From NCBI GenBank assembly GCA_003056085.1, contig LSNK01000001.1, positions 88,729-152,728 on the forward strand: a stretch of 64,000 nucleotides of DNA, read 5' to 3'. The position numbers and the translations under genes are program-made. The notes beneath the pieces are model-generated. The model searched no databases. It was not told the DNA's origin and saw only the letters and a list, made by a program, of their open reading frames with translations. Of the stretch, positions 20,858 through 32,934 are shown piece after piece; positions within the stretch are counted from its first letter, which is position 1; each line of letters starts with the position of its first letter. The DNA comes from Parcubacteria group bacterium M6-OD1-1. Its GTDB lineage: Bacteria; Patescibacteriota; Minisyncoccia; GWC2-36-17; M10-OD1-4.

Positions 20858-22285
20858 TTAGCTTATTAACTTTTCATAATCTTCTCCCGCCTTAAAAAGA
20901 GTCTCTTCACAAAACCATGGGGCTATAAACTGAAGACCCACAGGCATATTATTTATCTTACCGCAAGGAACGGAAATCGCAGGAACTCCCGCTAAATTTA
21001 TCGGTACAGTAAAAATATCTGCAAGATACATCGCAAGGGGATCTTCTGTTTTTTCACCAAACGAAAAAGCTGTCGTAGGAGTTGTCGGAGTTGCTATAAT
21101 ATCAACCTTACTGAAGGCTTTTTTAAAATCTTCTGTTATTTTTGTTCTAACTTGTTGCGCTCTTTTGTAGTAAGCATCGTAATATCCGGCTGACAAAACA
21201 TAAGTCCCGAGCATCATTCTTTTTTTAACTTCCGGCCCGATACCCTCCGCTCTTGAATTTAAATAAACAGATAATAGGTCTTCGCTATCGCTTTTGTGAG
21301 TGGAAAAACCGTATTTAATCCCATCGTATCTTGCCATATTTGAAGATACTTCTGCAGGCATAATAACATAATAAACAGATAGAGCATCCTTGGTATGAGG
21401 AAGATCTATTTCTTCAATCTTAGCTCCAGCATCTTCCATTTTTTTTATCTCATTTTTTATAACATCCTCAACTTTCTTATCCATTCCCTCAATAAAATAC
21501 TCTTTAGGAATACCTATTTTTAAATCCTTTAATCCTTTTTCTTGAAGTTTCTCAGGATACATCACACTCGTTGCATCTTTTTTATCTTTTCCTTTTATAC
21601 TCTCAAACACCACTCTTGCATCATCAACTGTTTTTGTCAGTGGACCTATCTGGTCCAAAGACGACGCCATAGCAATAAGTCCATACCTTGAAACAGCTCC
21701 GTATGTCGGCTTAAGTCCAACCACTCCGCAAAAAGAAGCCGGTTGACGAATAGACCCTCCTGTGTCTGACCCTAATGCAAAAACACATTGGTTTGAAGCG
21801 ACTGCAGCCGCAGAACCCCCGGAAGAACCACCTGGAACTCTGCTTAAATCATTTGGATTTTTTGTTTTAAAAAATGCTGAGTTTTCAGTGGAAGACCCCA
21901 TGGCAAACTCATCCATATTTGTTTTACCCAAAAAAACAGAATCTTGTTTTTTAAGCTTTAAAATAACCGTCGCATCATATGGGGCAACATAATTTTCCAA
22001 AATTTTAGATGATGCTGTTGCCTTTATCCCGTCAATTAAAATATTATCCTTTATGGCTGCCGGAATACCTGAAAGCATTGATATTTCATTGCCGTTTTTT
22101 ATAGCAAGATCAACTTTTTCAGCCTGCTTTTTTGCTTCTGAAAAATCATTGCTCAAAAATGCTTTTATATCTTTGTCTTTGCTTTTTATCTCATCCATAA
22201 AAAAATCTGTCAGCTCAAGCGCCGACATCTCTTTTTTCTTTAATTTTTCATGAATCTCACGAATTGAATTACTTAAAATCTCCAT
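20858..22285 (-). CDS. gatA: Asp/Glu-tRNA amidotransferase subunit A (start revised from 22378 to ATG 22285)
   Basis: GKTNMDEFAMGSSTE, PGGSSGGSAAAV, GSDTGGSIRQP; the longer ORF start runs through an intergenic repeat. Confidence 0.96.
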   Translation of the reverse strand: MEILSNSIREIHEKLKKKEMSALELTDFFMDEIKSKDKDIKAFLSNDFSEAKKQAEKVDLAIKNGNEISMLSGIPAAIKDNILIDGIKATASSKILENYVAPYDATVILKLKKQDSVFLGKTNMDEFAMGSSTENSAFFKTKNPNDLSRVPGGSSGGSAAAVASNQCVFALGSDTGGSIRQPASFCGVVGLKPTYGAVSRYGLIAMASSLDQIGPLTKTVDDARVVFESIKGKDKKDATSVMYPEKLQEKGLKDLKIGIPKEYFIEGMDKKVEDVIKNEIKKMEDAGAKIEEIDLPHTKDALSVYYVIMPAEVSSNMARYDGIKYGFSTHKSDSEDLLSVYLNSRAEGIGPEVKKRMMLGTYVLSAGYYDAYYKRAQQVRTKITEDFKKAFSKVDIIATPTTPTTAFSFGEKTEDPLAMYLADIFTVPINLAGVPAISVPCGKINNMPVGLQFIAPWFCEETLFKAGEDYEKLIS

Positions 22286-22300
22286 AATCTTTTTTAAAAA

Positions 22301-22424
22301 TAAAGTTTTCAAAATCAGACATAAGTTGAAATGAAAGTGAGAAATGTAGTCAGTTGTACTAAATAGTACAACGAACAAGCACCGGAATTTTCAACGAAAA
22401 GATATGTTAATTTTGGAAATTCTA
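22301..22424 (+). repeat. ~120-bp fold-back intergenic element, copy 5 (between gatC and gatA)
   Basis: TTTTCAAAAT...GTTGTACT-AAAT-AGTACAAC-GAA...ATTTTGGAAA. Confidence 0.65.
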
Positions 22425-22711
22425 CAATATTGATTTTACTTTTATATAACCATCCTCATTCTCAGGAGCCGAGTCTATCAGCTTCTTTGCAAGCTCAGCA
22501 TCCTGTTTGTCAGGCTCATCGTCATCTCTAAAAACATTTTCAGAGGAAGAGGCATTAAGTGTCGGCGAAACATCCGAAACATCCACTTTATTTAACTCTT
22601 TTACATAATCCAAAACAGCTGACAAGTCCTTTGACAACTTACCTATTTCATCATCACTTACTTTTAATCTTGCAAGCGATGCAATATGTTTTACTTGATC
22701 TTCATCAATCA

Positions 22712-22712
<1 letters not shown>
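22422..22712 (-). CDS. gatC: Asp/Glu-tRNA amidotransferase subunit C
   Basis: VKHIASLARL, NVFRDD, YIKVKSIL; upstream of gatA. Confidence 0.95.
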
Positions 22713-25202
<2,490 letters not shown>

Positions 25203-25206
<4 letters not shown>

Positions 25207-25778
25207 AAATTTAATTTTCTTGGAGAAATGGTTGTTTGAAGATATATTTTATCTCCTGTACTTTGCGATGCATTTTTGGACCCCACATTCATTAATATTG
25301 TTATTTTTGGCTGTCTTGCAGGATTATTAATATCAAAATTTAGAAAAATCACATTTGTATTTTGAATAGAAGTTATAGCCTCTGCATTTGCCGTGCTTCC
25401 AAAATTTCCACCAAAATTATCATCAAATTTTATCTGCCCATTATCTAAAACAAATCTCAAAACTTGGCCAATTCTATTTTCGGAATTGCTTATAAAAGAA
25501 ATATCGGAAGAATTATTTAAAACAAAAGAACTGCCCATCCTTATTTCTCTTGAAATAATTTCCATAGCATACCTTGCGCTGTCAGAAACATTTTGAGTAG
25601 CGATAGCTTTTCTTTGTCCTGAAATAGCATTTAAAAACATATTAGTGTTTATCGCTACAACAATTGCAAAAACCGCTATGGAAACCAAGAGCTCAATTAA
25701 AGTAAAACCGCCGTCAGCTTTAAGCTGTAAGTTGTGAACTTTAGACTTTTTATCAACTTTTGATTTTAAATTTTTCAT
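25203..25778 (-). CDS. Type IV minor prepilin
   Basis: G|FTLIELLV cleavage/methylation motif. Confidence 0.9.
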
Positions 25779-25813
25779 AAAAGTTTTTTGTAAACCATCA
25801 ACTAAAGATTAAC

Positions 25814-26377
25814 TTACTTCCAATTAAATAGATATCCTTTTACAGAGATATCACAATTAACACCGCAGATTACATCCGACTGAACAGTAATACTGTCTAC
25901 GCTCGTTTTTTGCAAAGTTATAGTTCTTGTAAAGTCTGTGTTTGCAACAGAGCCGGCACCAGCTGTGTTATGAACATAATAACCATCAGAAAGTTTTATG
26001 CTGTAACCGGAACTCAAAGAACTGCAATTAACATCAAAAACAGAATCATTATATTGAATACATCCAACTTTTGACTGTCCGGTGCTCAAATCATCTGTAA
26101 TCCCAAAATCCCATACATTTCCATCAATCCAATTTATATCTCTTATGTTTCTTACAAGCTCAATTCCTTCTTGAGCCAACTGGGCGGCTATCAATCTTTT
26201 TTTTACTTCAGGAGCCAATTTGGTGGAGTTAACAATAGCCCCAACAGATGCCGTAACGCCAACCGTAAGAATAGTCACCGCCACTAAAACTTCTATCAAA
26301 GTAAAACCTTTATTAGTTTTTAGATTACAGGTTTTAGGTTTTAGATTTTTATCTATTTTTGATTTTAAATTTTTCAT
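25814..26377 (-). CDS. Type IV minor prepilin, PilV-like (start revised to ATG 26377)
   Basis: G|FTLIEVLV; AAQLAQEGIELVRNIRD; leader duplicated with that of the 25203-25778 gene. Confidence 0.88.
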   Translation of the reverse strand: MKNLKSKIDKNLKPKTCNLKTNKGFTLIEVLVAVTILTVGVTASVGAIVNSTKLAPEVKKRLIAAQLAQEGIELVRNIRDINWIDGNVWDFGITDDLSTGQSKVGCIQYNDSVFDVNCSSLSSGYSIKLSDGYYVHNTAGAGSVANTDFTRTITLQKTSVDSITVQSDVICGVNCDISVKGYLFNWK

Positions 26378-26405
26378 AAAAGTTTTTTGTAAACTAAAAA
26401 TTAAA

Positions 26406-26981
26406 TTACTGTATTTCAATATTGCCAAATTTATTTATTGTTACCGTTCTTGTATCTGTAATATTTTGCGTAATCCTTAAAACTATATTTTGTGGAAAAT
26501 TATTTGCATTGCCGAAAAAATAAGATATCGGCTCCGGAGGAACAAACGTTACTTCTTTATTTACAGTATCAGCAAATTCAATCCCGGACTCCAAAAAAAC
26601 AGGCTGTGGATCTATCTTTGTAGATTGACCGGAAAATCTTGTAACACCAGCATTGCAGTTGCTTCTGTCATCATAATATAAAAAATAAGATGTAGAGCTT
26701 TCAATTTTAATTCCATAAAAACAAACCGGGTTTGTTCCGTATTTTTTAGGAGACAAAGCTAAATTTTGAACCTTTCTTATATCAAAAGCAAACTTTTGAG
26801 TTGATCTTAAAAGCGCCTGTCTGTCATTTCCAACCTTAATATTTGCCACAGTTACCGCAGACATTATTATTATAATTGACATCGCTACAAGAAGCTCAAG
26901 CAAGGTAAAACCTTCATCAGCTTTAAAGAAAGCCTTGAATTTTAAAAATTTTTTAATATTAAACTTTATTTTTTTATTCAT
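26406..26981 (-). CDS. Type IV minor prepilin, FimT/FimU-like
   Basis: G|FTLLELLV motif. Confidence 0.88.
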   Translation of the reverse strand: MNKKIKFNIKKFLKFKAFFKADEGFTLLELLVAMSIIIIMSAVTVANIKVGNDRQALLRSTQKFAFDIRKVQNLALSPKKYGTNPVCFYGIKIESSTSYFLYYDDRSNCNAGVTRFSGQSTKIDPQPVFLESGIEFADTVNKEVTFVPPEPISYFFGNANNFPQNIVLRITQNITDTRTVTINKFGNIEIQ

Positions 26982-27011
26982 ATCTCTTAAAGCTTGCGCC
27001 TTACTGCTTTT

Positions 27012-27782
27012 TTAATAAGCTAAATTTAAATACCAGCTTAAAATATCCATTCCAAAAAAGTAGGCTGTTAATGTTCCAACAATCAAAAAGGGTCCAAATG
27101 GAATTTCACTTTTAATGTTTTTTTTCTCAAAAGCCATAAGCATCACTCCTACCAAGGCGCCTACTATATAAGCTATAAAAAGTCCAATTAGAATCTTCGG
27201 CCATCCTAAAAAAAATCCCATAAAAACACCGTATTTTACATCCCCCATTCCTATCCATTTGCCGGATGATACAACATAAAGCAGAAGAAAAAAACCTGAA
27301 GCTAAAAAAGCAGCTAAAATATAAAATAAAATTTCAGAAAAACTGTAAAAATATAAACTATAAAAAAAAGAAATCGTTATTAAAGAATAGACCGCTATAT
27401 TTGGTATTATATAATGCTTAAGATCAAAAACAAATATCAAAATTATAAATGACAATACTGTAAATATATAAACAACATCAATTATTCCTTGAAAAGACAG
27501 CCCTGCCCAGATATATAAAAAAGTGCTCAAAAATAAAAATCCTGTTAAAAGTTCAACCAAAGGATACTGAAATGATATCTTGCCGCCGCAAGACCGGCAT
27601 TTTCTTTTTTGAATAAGAAAACTCAAAACAGGTAAAAGTTCGTACCACTTAAGTATGTGTCCGCATAAAGGACATCGTGACCTCTCTTTCACTAAAGAGC
27701 CCCCGACTTCCAAACGATACAAAGCAGCATTTAAAAAACTGCCTATTATAAGTCCAAATAAAAATATAAAAAATCCAATCAT
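27012..27782 (-). CDS. pilD: Prepilin peptidase (A24)
   Basis: IGSFLN, CPLC/CRSC, FDLK, GMGDVK, IPFGPFL. Confidence 0.95.
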   Translation of the reverse strand: MIGFFIFLFGLIIGSFLNAALYRLEVGGSLVKERSRCPLCGHILKWYELLPVLSFLIQKRKCRSCGGKISFQYPLVELLTGFLFLSTFLYIWAGLSFQGIIDVVYIFTVLSFIILIFVFDLKHYIIPNIAVYSLITISFFYSLYFYSFSEILFYILAAFLASGFFLLLYVVSSGKWIGMGDVKYGVFMGFFLGWPKILIGLFIAYIVGALVGVMLMAFEKKNIKSEIPFGPFLIVGTLTAYFFGMDILSWYLNLAY

Positions 27783-27905
27783 AGTTAAGCAATAAGTTAG
27801 AAAGTTGAAAGCAAGCTCTCCACTTTCTTATATGATACCAAAATATAAGACAAATAAAAACAAAGACCTTATAAGGTCTTTGTTTTTATAAAATTTTCTC
27901 AAAAA

Positions 27906-29267
27906 TCACCTATACCAAACCTCCCAATTATAATATCCAAAACTTGAAGACAAATCTCTTTCTTCAACATCCAGTCTGGATATAAGACCGCCATTCCAAT
28001 CAACCCCTTCTGTGTAAGTACAGTATCCCGTACCGCCCTGTTGTATCCACTTTCCGGGATAGGAAGGATCATTTGAAGCTCTCCCTGTATCATCGGAACA
28101 AGTTTTCATAAGAGTTCCATTTATAATTAAACTTATCCTATCATTATTTAACCCAAAACTTCCCGATCCACTACTATTAGTGCCGGAAAAACCTATATCT
28201 GGACACTGAAAAGGAAAAGAGCCTTCTAAAAATTCACTTGCCCCCGAAACAACTTCACCTCCAATACAAAAATCGTCCCATTTATTTGAAGCTTTAAATA
28301 CTATTTCAGACACTGTGCCCAAAGGCCAATTAAAAATTTTACCCTCCACTCTTTGCATAATTTCTCCAGAATCCGTTACCCATGTAATTCCGGAGCTTTG
28401 TAAAGTTATTGTCGCCGTTTGAATCCAATCACTTCCCTTGGCAAGAAGAGTCCACCCTCCTGATGATGCCGCGCTGCCAACATCATCAATTTCGCAAACA
28501 ACTGTACCATCTTGATTTACAACCCTTATGGAAGACCCCGCGGCACAAGTTCCTGAAACTCTTGTTTGTATTGAAGCATTATCAACATCAGCGCTTGTTA
28601 AACTTCCGTCAATAACTTCAATTGTCCCGACGGAGTCAGCGCCTAAAGCCGTGCCTGCATTATCAACTCCATCGGCAAAACCTGCCGGTATTCCTGTAAG
28701 TTCAGACCAATCAACACCATCTTTTACATTTGTTTGAACCGTTGGGTCGGTTTCTGCCGCTGTTCCGGTATCATCAACATTATCGGCAAAGCCTGCCGGT
28801 ATTCCTGTGAGCTCAGACCAATCAACCCCGTCTTTTACATTTGCCTGAACCGTTGGATCGGTTTCTGAAGTAAGTCCGCCTATACACCCTGTAGAATCAC
28901 AAATAGTCCCGCTTGCCGTTACATCTCCGTTGTTTCGTATTGTAAGCCTGTTTTCCAATCCGGTTTGAGTTCGTGCTTGAAATGTTAAATTGTCAGCCAA
29001 GTTGGATACTTGCCAATATTGCGTCCCTCCTTCAGAAAAAAACCTTGCGCCTCGTTCAAGCCACAAATTAGAACCTAAAGTAAGACCTCCTTCTTTCCTT
29101 TGATTTTGGGCTCCAACATTTAAAGGAGCAGGGAGATTATTTTGGGGCGGGCTTGCTGTTATTCCCACCCATTGAGCAGATGTCTCTTTTACAATGGCCG
29201 CTCCCAAAAAGCTTAAAAAAACTAAGGCTACTGCCGTAAAAAATATATTTAAAAACTTTTTACCCAT
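27906..29267 (-). CDS. Secreted/surface fibre-like protein in the pilus locus, paralogous to 2856-3926
   Basis: Shared AQW.G..P..NLPAP.NV...Q.K.GGLT.G..WL N-terminus; two ETDPTVQ.NVKDGVDWSELTGIPAGFAD repeats. Confidence 0.7.
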   Translation of the reverse strand: MGKKFLNIFFTAVALVFLSFLGAAIVKETSAQWVGITASPPQNNLPAPLNVGAQNQRKEGGLTLGSNLWLERGARFFSEGGTQYWQVSNLADNLTFQARTQTGLENRLTIRNNGDVTASGTICDSTGCIGGLTSETDPTVQANVKDGVDWSELTGIPAGFADNVDDTGTAAETDPTVQTNVKDGVDWSELTGIPAGFADGVDNAGTALGADSVGTIEVIDGSLTSADVDNASIQTRVSGTCAAGSSIRVVNQDGTVVCEIDDVGSAASSGGWTLLAKGSDWIQTATITLQSSGITWVTDSGEIMQRVEGKIFNWPLGTVSEIVFKASNKWDDFCIGGEVVSGASEFLEGSFPFQCPDIGFSGTNSSGSGSFGLNNDRISLIINGTLMKTCSDDTGRASNDPSYPGKWIQQGGTGYCTYTEGVDWNGGLISRLDVEERDLSSSFGYYNWEVWYR

Positions 29268-29384
29268 TGACTTAATTCTTAATTCTTAATTCTTAATTTA
29301 TTATATCATACAAATAAACTATAACAAATAAAAAAACAACCCTTTAAAAAGGGCTGTTTTTTTATTTGTCTTATGAAAACAAAA

Positions 29385-29861
29385 TTAATTTTCTACGCAC
29401 GCAGCGGCAGCTATATTTTTTTCTGAACATCCTGTTGAGTCACAAATAAAAGCATAGCTATTCCTTCCTTCAAGATCAGCACCAACGCAGTAAGTACCAT
29501 CATCACCCTCAGCGGTCAGATTTTTATAAACATATGTATTCCCTGTAGGATCTCCCGGCGATGTTGGTAGAAACGTATTAAAAGCAGGAGATCCATCAGC
29601 GGTATTTATACAACGAGTAGCAGCCCATCCATTTCCAGCCGCACAAGCCTCATCTGTATTCACATAACCAAATGTACCTTGTGAATCCGCAAATAAAACC
29701 TGAGCAGTGTTGATAGCCTGCATATCCGCCTGTCTTTTGGCGTCTCTTGCTTTTACTCTTGCACTGTTTAAAGAAACAAGAACAATAGAAGATAATATTC
29801 CGATAATAGCGATAACAACTAAAAGTTCAATCAGTGTAAAACCTTTTTGATTTTTTTTCAT
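29385..29861 (-). CDS. Major type IV pilin (PilA/GspG-like)
   Basis: KG|FTLIELLVVIAIIGILSSIV..SLNSARVKARDAKR; short leader; own terminator at ~29330-29365. Confidence 0.9.
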   Translation of the reverse strand: MKKNQKGFTLIELLVVIAIIGILSSIVLVSLNSARVKARDAKRQADMQAINTAQVLFADSQGTFGYVNTDEACAAGNGWAATRCINTADGSPAFNTFLPTSPGDPTGNTYVYKNLTAEGDDGTYCVGADLEGRNSYAFICDSTGCSEKNIAAAACVEN

Positions 29862-30157
29862 AATTATATTATTAAATTATTAAGCTCTGTCCTTCAATAT
29901 TTTTGTATCAAATTAGCAGAACTTTTCCATAAGCCCCAAGCTTGTAAAGAATATATTAATATTCTAAGGCTTATAAATTTCTTTTTAGCGATACGACCTT
30001 TTTTTAAGTTTTTAACTATACCCCTTAATTATATTATACAAATACTTTTTGAACAACACTTGCTGTGAATAACTCCTTGTGTTAGGTGGTAGTGATTTAG
30101 AAAATAAGTTTTAGTTTATAGTTGTTAGACGTTATAATTTCCCCCCTATAACCTAAG

Positions 30158-31363
30158 CTACATAGCTGATGTTATATTATACATCGGCATAAGTATAGCA
30201 ACCAAAAGTATACCCACACCTATCCCAAGCACCAAAATAAGAAGCGGTTCTATTATCGTCACCAAATTATCCATAGTATTTTCAACTTCTTTATGATAAA
30301 AATCAGCAACTGTTTTTAACGTACTATCTAATTTTCCCGCTTGCTCTCCTATCGCTATCATCTGACTCACCATAATGGGAATCTCATTGTGTTTTTTAAA
30401 AATAGAGCTTATAGTCCCTCCTTTTTTGACATTATCAATAGTATCTTCGATTATTTTTCTGTAAGTATAGTTGCCGACAACATTGGCAGAAACCTCAAGA
30501 GATTTCACAATGGGCAAACCTCCTTTAATAAGAGTACTTAAGCTGTCGGAAAATCTGGAAAGATAAAACTTGGTAAGTATAGTCCCAAAAATCGGTATTT
30601 TCAATTGAATTGCGCCCCAAATAACCCTCCCCATTCTTGTTGTTATCCAATGCAGAAAACCAACCACACTGCCTATTAACGCAATTAAGATTAACCACCA
30701 ATAACTTTGAAAAATTTCTGAAATTCCAATTACAATCCTTGTAAGTAACGGCAATTCTATATCTGCCTCTGAAAAAACAGATGTCAAATTTGGAATAACC
30801 CATACCATCATAACAAACATAACGCCAACAAGACCAAAAAGAATAAAGGCTGGATATATCATAGCTCCTCTTACTTTCTGAGTTAAATAATATTCTCTTT
30901 CAATGGTATCTGCCAAATAGTCAAAAACTTCTTCCAAGTTTCCGGAAAGTTCTCCGGAATGAACGATACTTATAAAAAAATCAGAGAAAACTTTTTTATG
31001 ACTGGACAGTGACTTGGAAAGAGAATTCCCGGAATTGACACTTTCGGTAATATCCTCCAGAACCTCTTTAAAAGTAACATTTTTAGTTTGGTCAACCATA
31101 GCCTGGAGAGATTCTATTACAGGAACTTTTGCTTGAAATAAGGCCGATATTTGACGAGAAAAAATAACAATTTCTTTTTGGGGAACATGATCAAAAAACT
31201 TAATCCTTTTATTGGTTAAAGAAATTTTAGATGCTTCACGCACGCTCAAAACTATTAAATTATTTCTTTGCAAAGTTTCAACAGCGGCATCTTGAGTTAA
31301 CGCTTCTACTGTTCCTGTTTTTGTTTCACCTTGCTGTGTTTTTGTTTCGTAGTTAAATAACAT
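30158..31363 (-). CDS. pilC: Type IV pilus platform protein (GspF family)
   Basis: FSRQISAL, GELSGNL, AMIYP, GEQAGKLD, IEPLLI. Confidence 0.95.
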   Translation of the reverse strand: MLFNYETKTQQGETKTGTVEALTQDAAVETLQRNNLIVLSVREASKISLTNKRIKFFDHVPQKEIVIFSRQISALFQAKVPVIESLQAMVDQTKNVTFKEVLEDITESVNSGNSLSKSLSSHKKVFSDFFISIVHSGELSGNLEEVFDYLADTIEREYYLTQKVRGAMIYPAFILFGLVGVMFVMMVWVIPNLTSVFSEADIELPLLTRIVIGISEIFQSYWWLILIALIGSVVGFLHWITTRMGRVIWGAIQLKIPIFGTILTKFYLSRFSDSLSTLIKGGLPIVKSLEVSANVVGNYTYRKIIEDTIDNVKKGGTISSIFKKHNEIPIMVSQMIAIGEQAGKLDSTLKTVADFYHKEVENTMDNLVTIIEPLLILVLGIGVGILLVAILMPMYNITSAM

Positions 31364-31430
31364 TTGTTCAAGTTATGGTTATTAGATTATAGTTGTTAAG
31401 AACAATAACCTAATTACTACAACCTATCAT

Positions 31431-32498
31431 CTATTTTATGAGCATCCTAAGCTCCGCAGGATTAAGCGAGTGAATTTCAGCGTCTTCCATAGTTATAAGC
31501 CCCTCTTGAACCAATTTAGAAAGTGATTTATTTAAAGAAACCATTCCCATATCCGAAGAAGTTTCTATAACAAGATCAATTTGATGAGCCTTTCCCTCCC
31601 GAATAAGATTTCTAACTGCCGAATTTGCTATTAAAAGCTCATACGCCGCAACTCTGCCTCCACCTATTTTAGGAATAAGTCTTTTTGAAAGAACTCCGAG
31701 CAAAGTTCCTGCAAGCTGAGCCTTTATTTGGTTTTGCTGCGCCGGTGGGAATGAGTCAATTATCCTGTCTATGGTTTGTGCGGCGTTGTTTGTATGCAAA
31801 GTTGAAAATACTAAATGCCCTGTTTCTGACGCTGTAATTGCCGCAGAAATTGTTTCCGGGTCTCTCATTTCGCCAACCATAATGACATCTGGATCCTGAC
31901 GCAAAATAGAACGCAGAGCTCTCGTAAAGCTCTTTGTGTCATTTCCAACCTCTCTTTGATCAACCACTGACTTTACGTCCTTAAATAAATATTCTATGGG
32001 ATCCTCTATTGTAACTATATGATCTTTTCTTTGTTGATTTATCTCGTCAATCATAGCGGCAAGCGTTGTTGATTTTCCTTGCCCCGAAGGTCCAACCACA
32101 AGAAAAAAACCTTGAGAAGTTTTTAAAAGATCATGTATAATTTCCGGATGCATAAGCTCATCTAATGTTTTTATGGTTTCCGGGATAAGTCTTAGGGCTG
32201 CTGCAAATTTACCTCTTTGAAAAAAAACATTGACACGAAACCTTCCTATGCTGTCTACAGTATAGGAAAAATCTATTTCTTTCTCTTCCAGAAATCTTTT
32301 TTTCTGATCTTGACTTAAAATTAAAGACATAAAATCTTCACCTTTTTCTTTTGTTATAACTCCCGCTTCATCAAAGGTGACCAAAGAGCCGTCTATTCTA
32401 AATTGCGGTTTCCTGCCGACTGACAAATGCAGGTCGGAGGCATTTCTTAAAACAACTTCTTGAAGCAATCTTTCAAATTCTTCTTTCAGGTTATTCAT
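31431..32498 (-). CDS. pilT: Type IV pilus retraction ATPase
   Basis: GPSGQGKSTT, TIEDPIE, LRQDPDVIMVGEMRD, AVRNLIREGK. Confidence 0.95.
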   Translation of the reverse strand: MNNLKEEFERLLQEVVLRNASDLHLSVGRKPQFRIDGSLVTFDEAGVITKEKGEDFMSLILSQDQKKRFLEEKEIDFSYTVDSIGRFRVNVFFQRGKFAAALRLIPETIKTLDELMHPEIIHDLLKTSQGFFLVVGPSGQGKSTTLAAMIDEINQQRKDHIVTIEDPIEYLFKDVKSVVDQREVGNDTKSFTRALRSILRQDPDVIMVGEMRDPETISAAITASETGHLVFSTLHTNNAAQTIDRIIDSFPPAQQNQIKAQLAGTLLGVLSKRLIPKIGGGRVAAYELLIANSAVRNLIREGKAHQIDLVIETSSDMGMVSLNKSLSKLVQEGLITMEDAEIHSLNPAELRMLIK

Positions 32499-32514
32499 AA
32501 ATATTTTTTAAAAA

Positions 32515-32904
32515 TTAATTATTAGCGCAAGAACCTAAAATCTCACTTACTTTTTTAACAACTTCTTTTGGTGTGTAATTTGCCTTAATAAGGTAATCTT
32601 TAGCGCCAAGATTCATAGCTTTATCAATCTCCTCTTTTTGACCCAAGTTAGTCAACATCACTACCGGTATATCTTTATATTCATCTACTTTTTTAATGGC
32701 AGCTAATGTTTCCAATCCATCCATTTTTGGCATAACTATATCCAAAAGCACAATGGCCGGCCTTAATCCTTCAGAAAGCATTCTAATTCCGGTTTCTCCA
32801 TCTTCTGCCATAACAGCATCAAACCCTTCAGAATTAAATTTAGTTTGATACATATCGGACAGAAAATTATCATCTTCAATTATTAAAACTTTCTTATTTT
32901 CCAT
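32515..32904 (-). CDS. Single-domain response regulator (REC)
   Basis: LIIEDD, LLDIVMPKMDG, MLTN, DYLIK. Confidence 0.93.
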   Translation of the reverse strand: MENKKVLIIEDDNFLSDMYQTKFNSEGFDAVMAEDGETGIRMLSEGLRPAIVLLDIVMPKMDGLETLAAIKKVDEYKDIPVVMLTNLGQKEEIDKAMNLGAKDYLIKANYTPKEVVKKVSEILGSCANN

Positions 32905-32934
32905 ATTTTTAAAAATTAAAATAAATTATTAAAA

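Noticed and set aside
22286-22378. N-terminal extension of GatA in the ORF track
   Set aside because: It translates the intergenic fold-back element; ATG 22285 fits normal GatA length.
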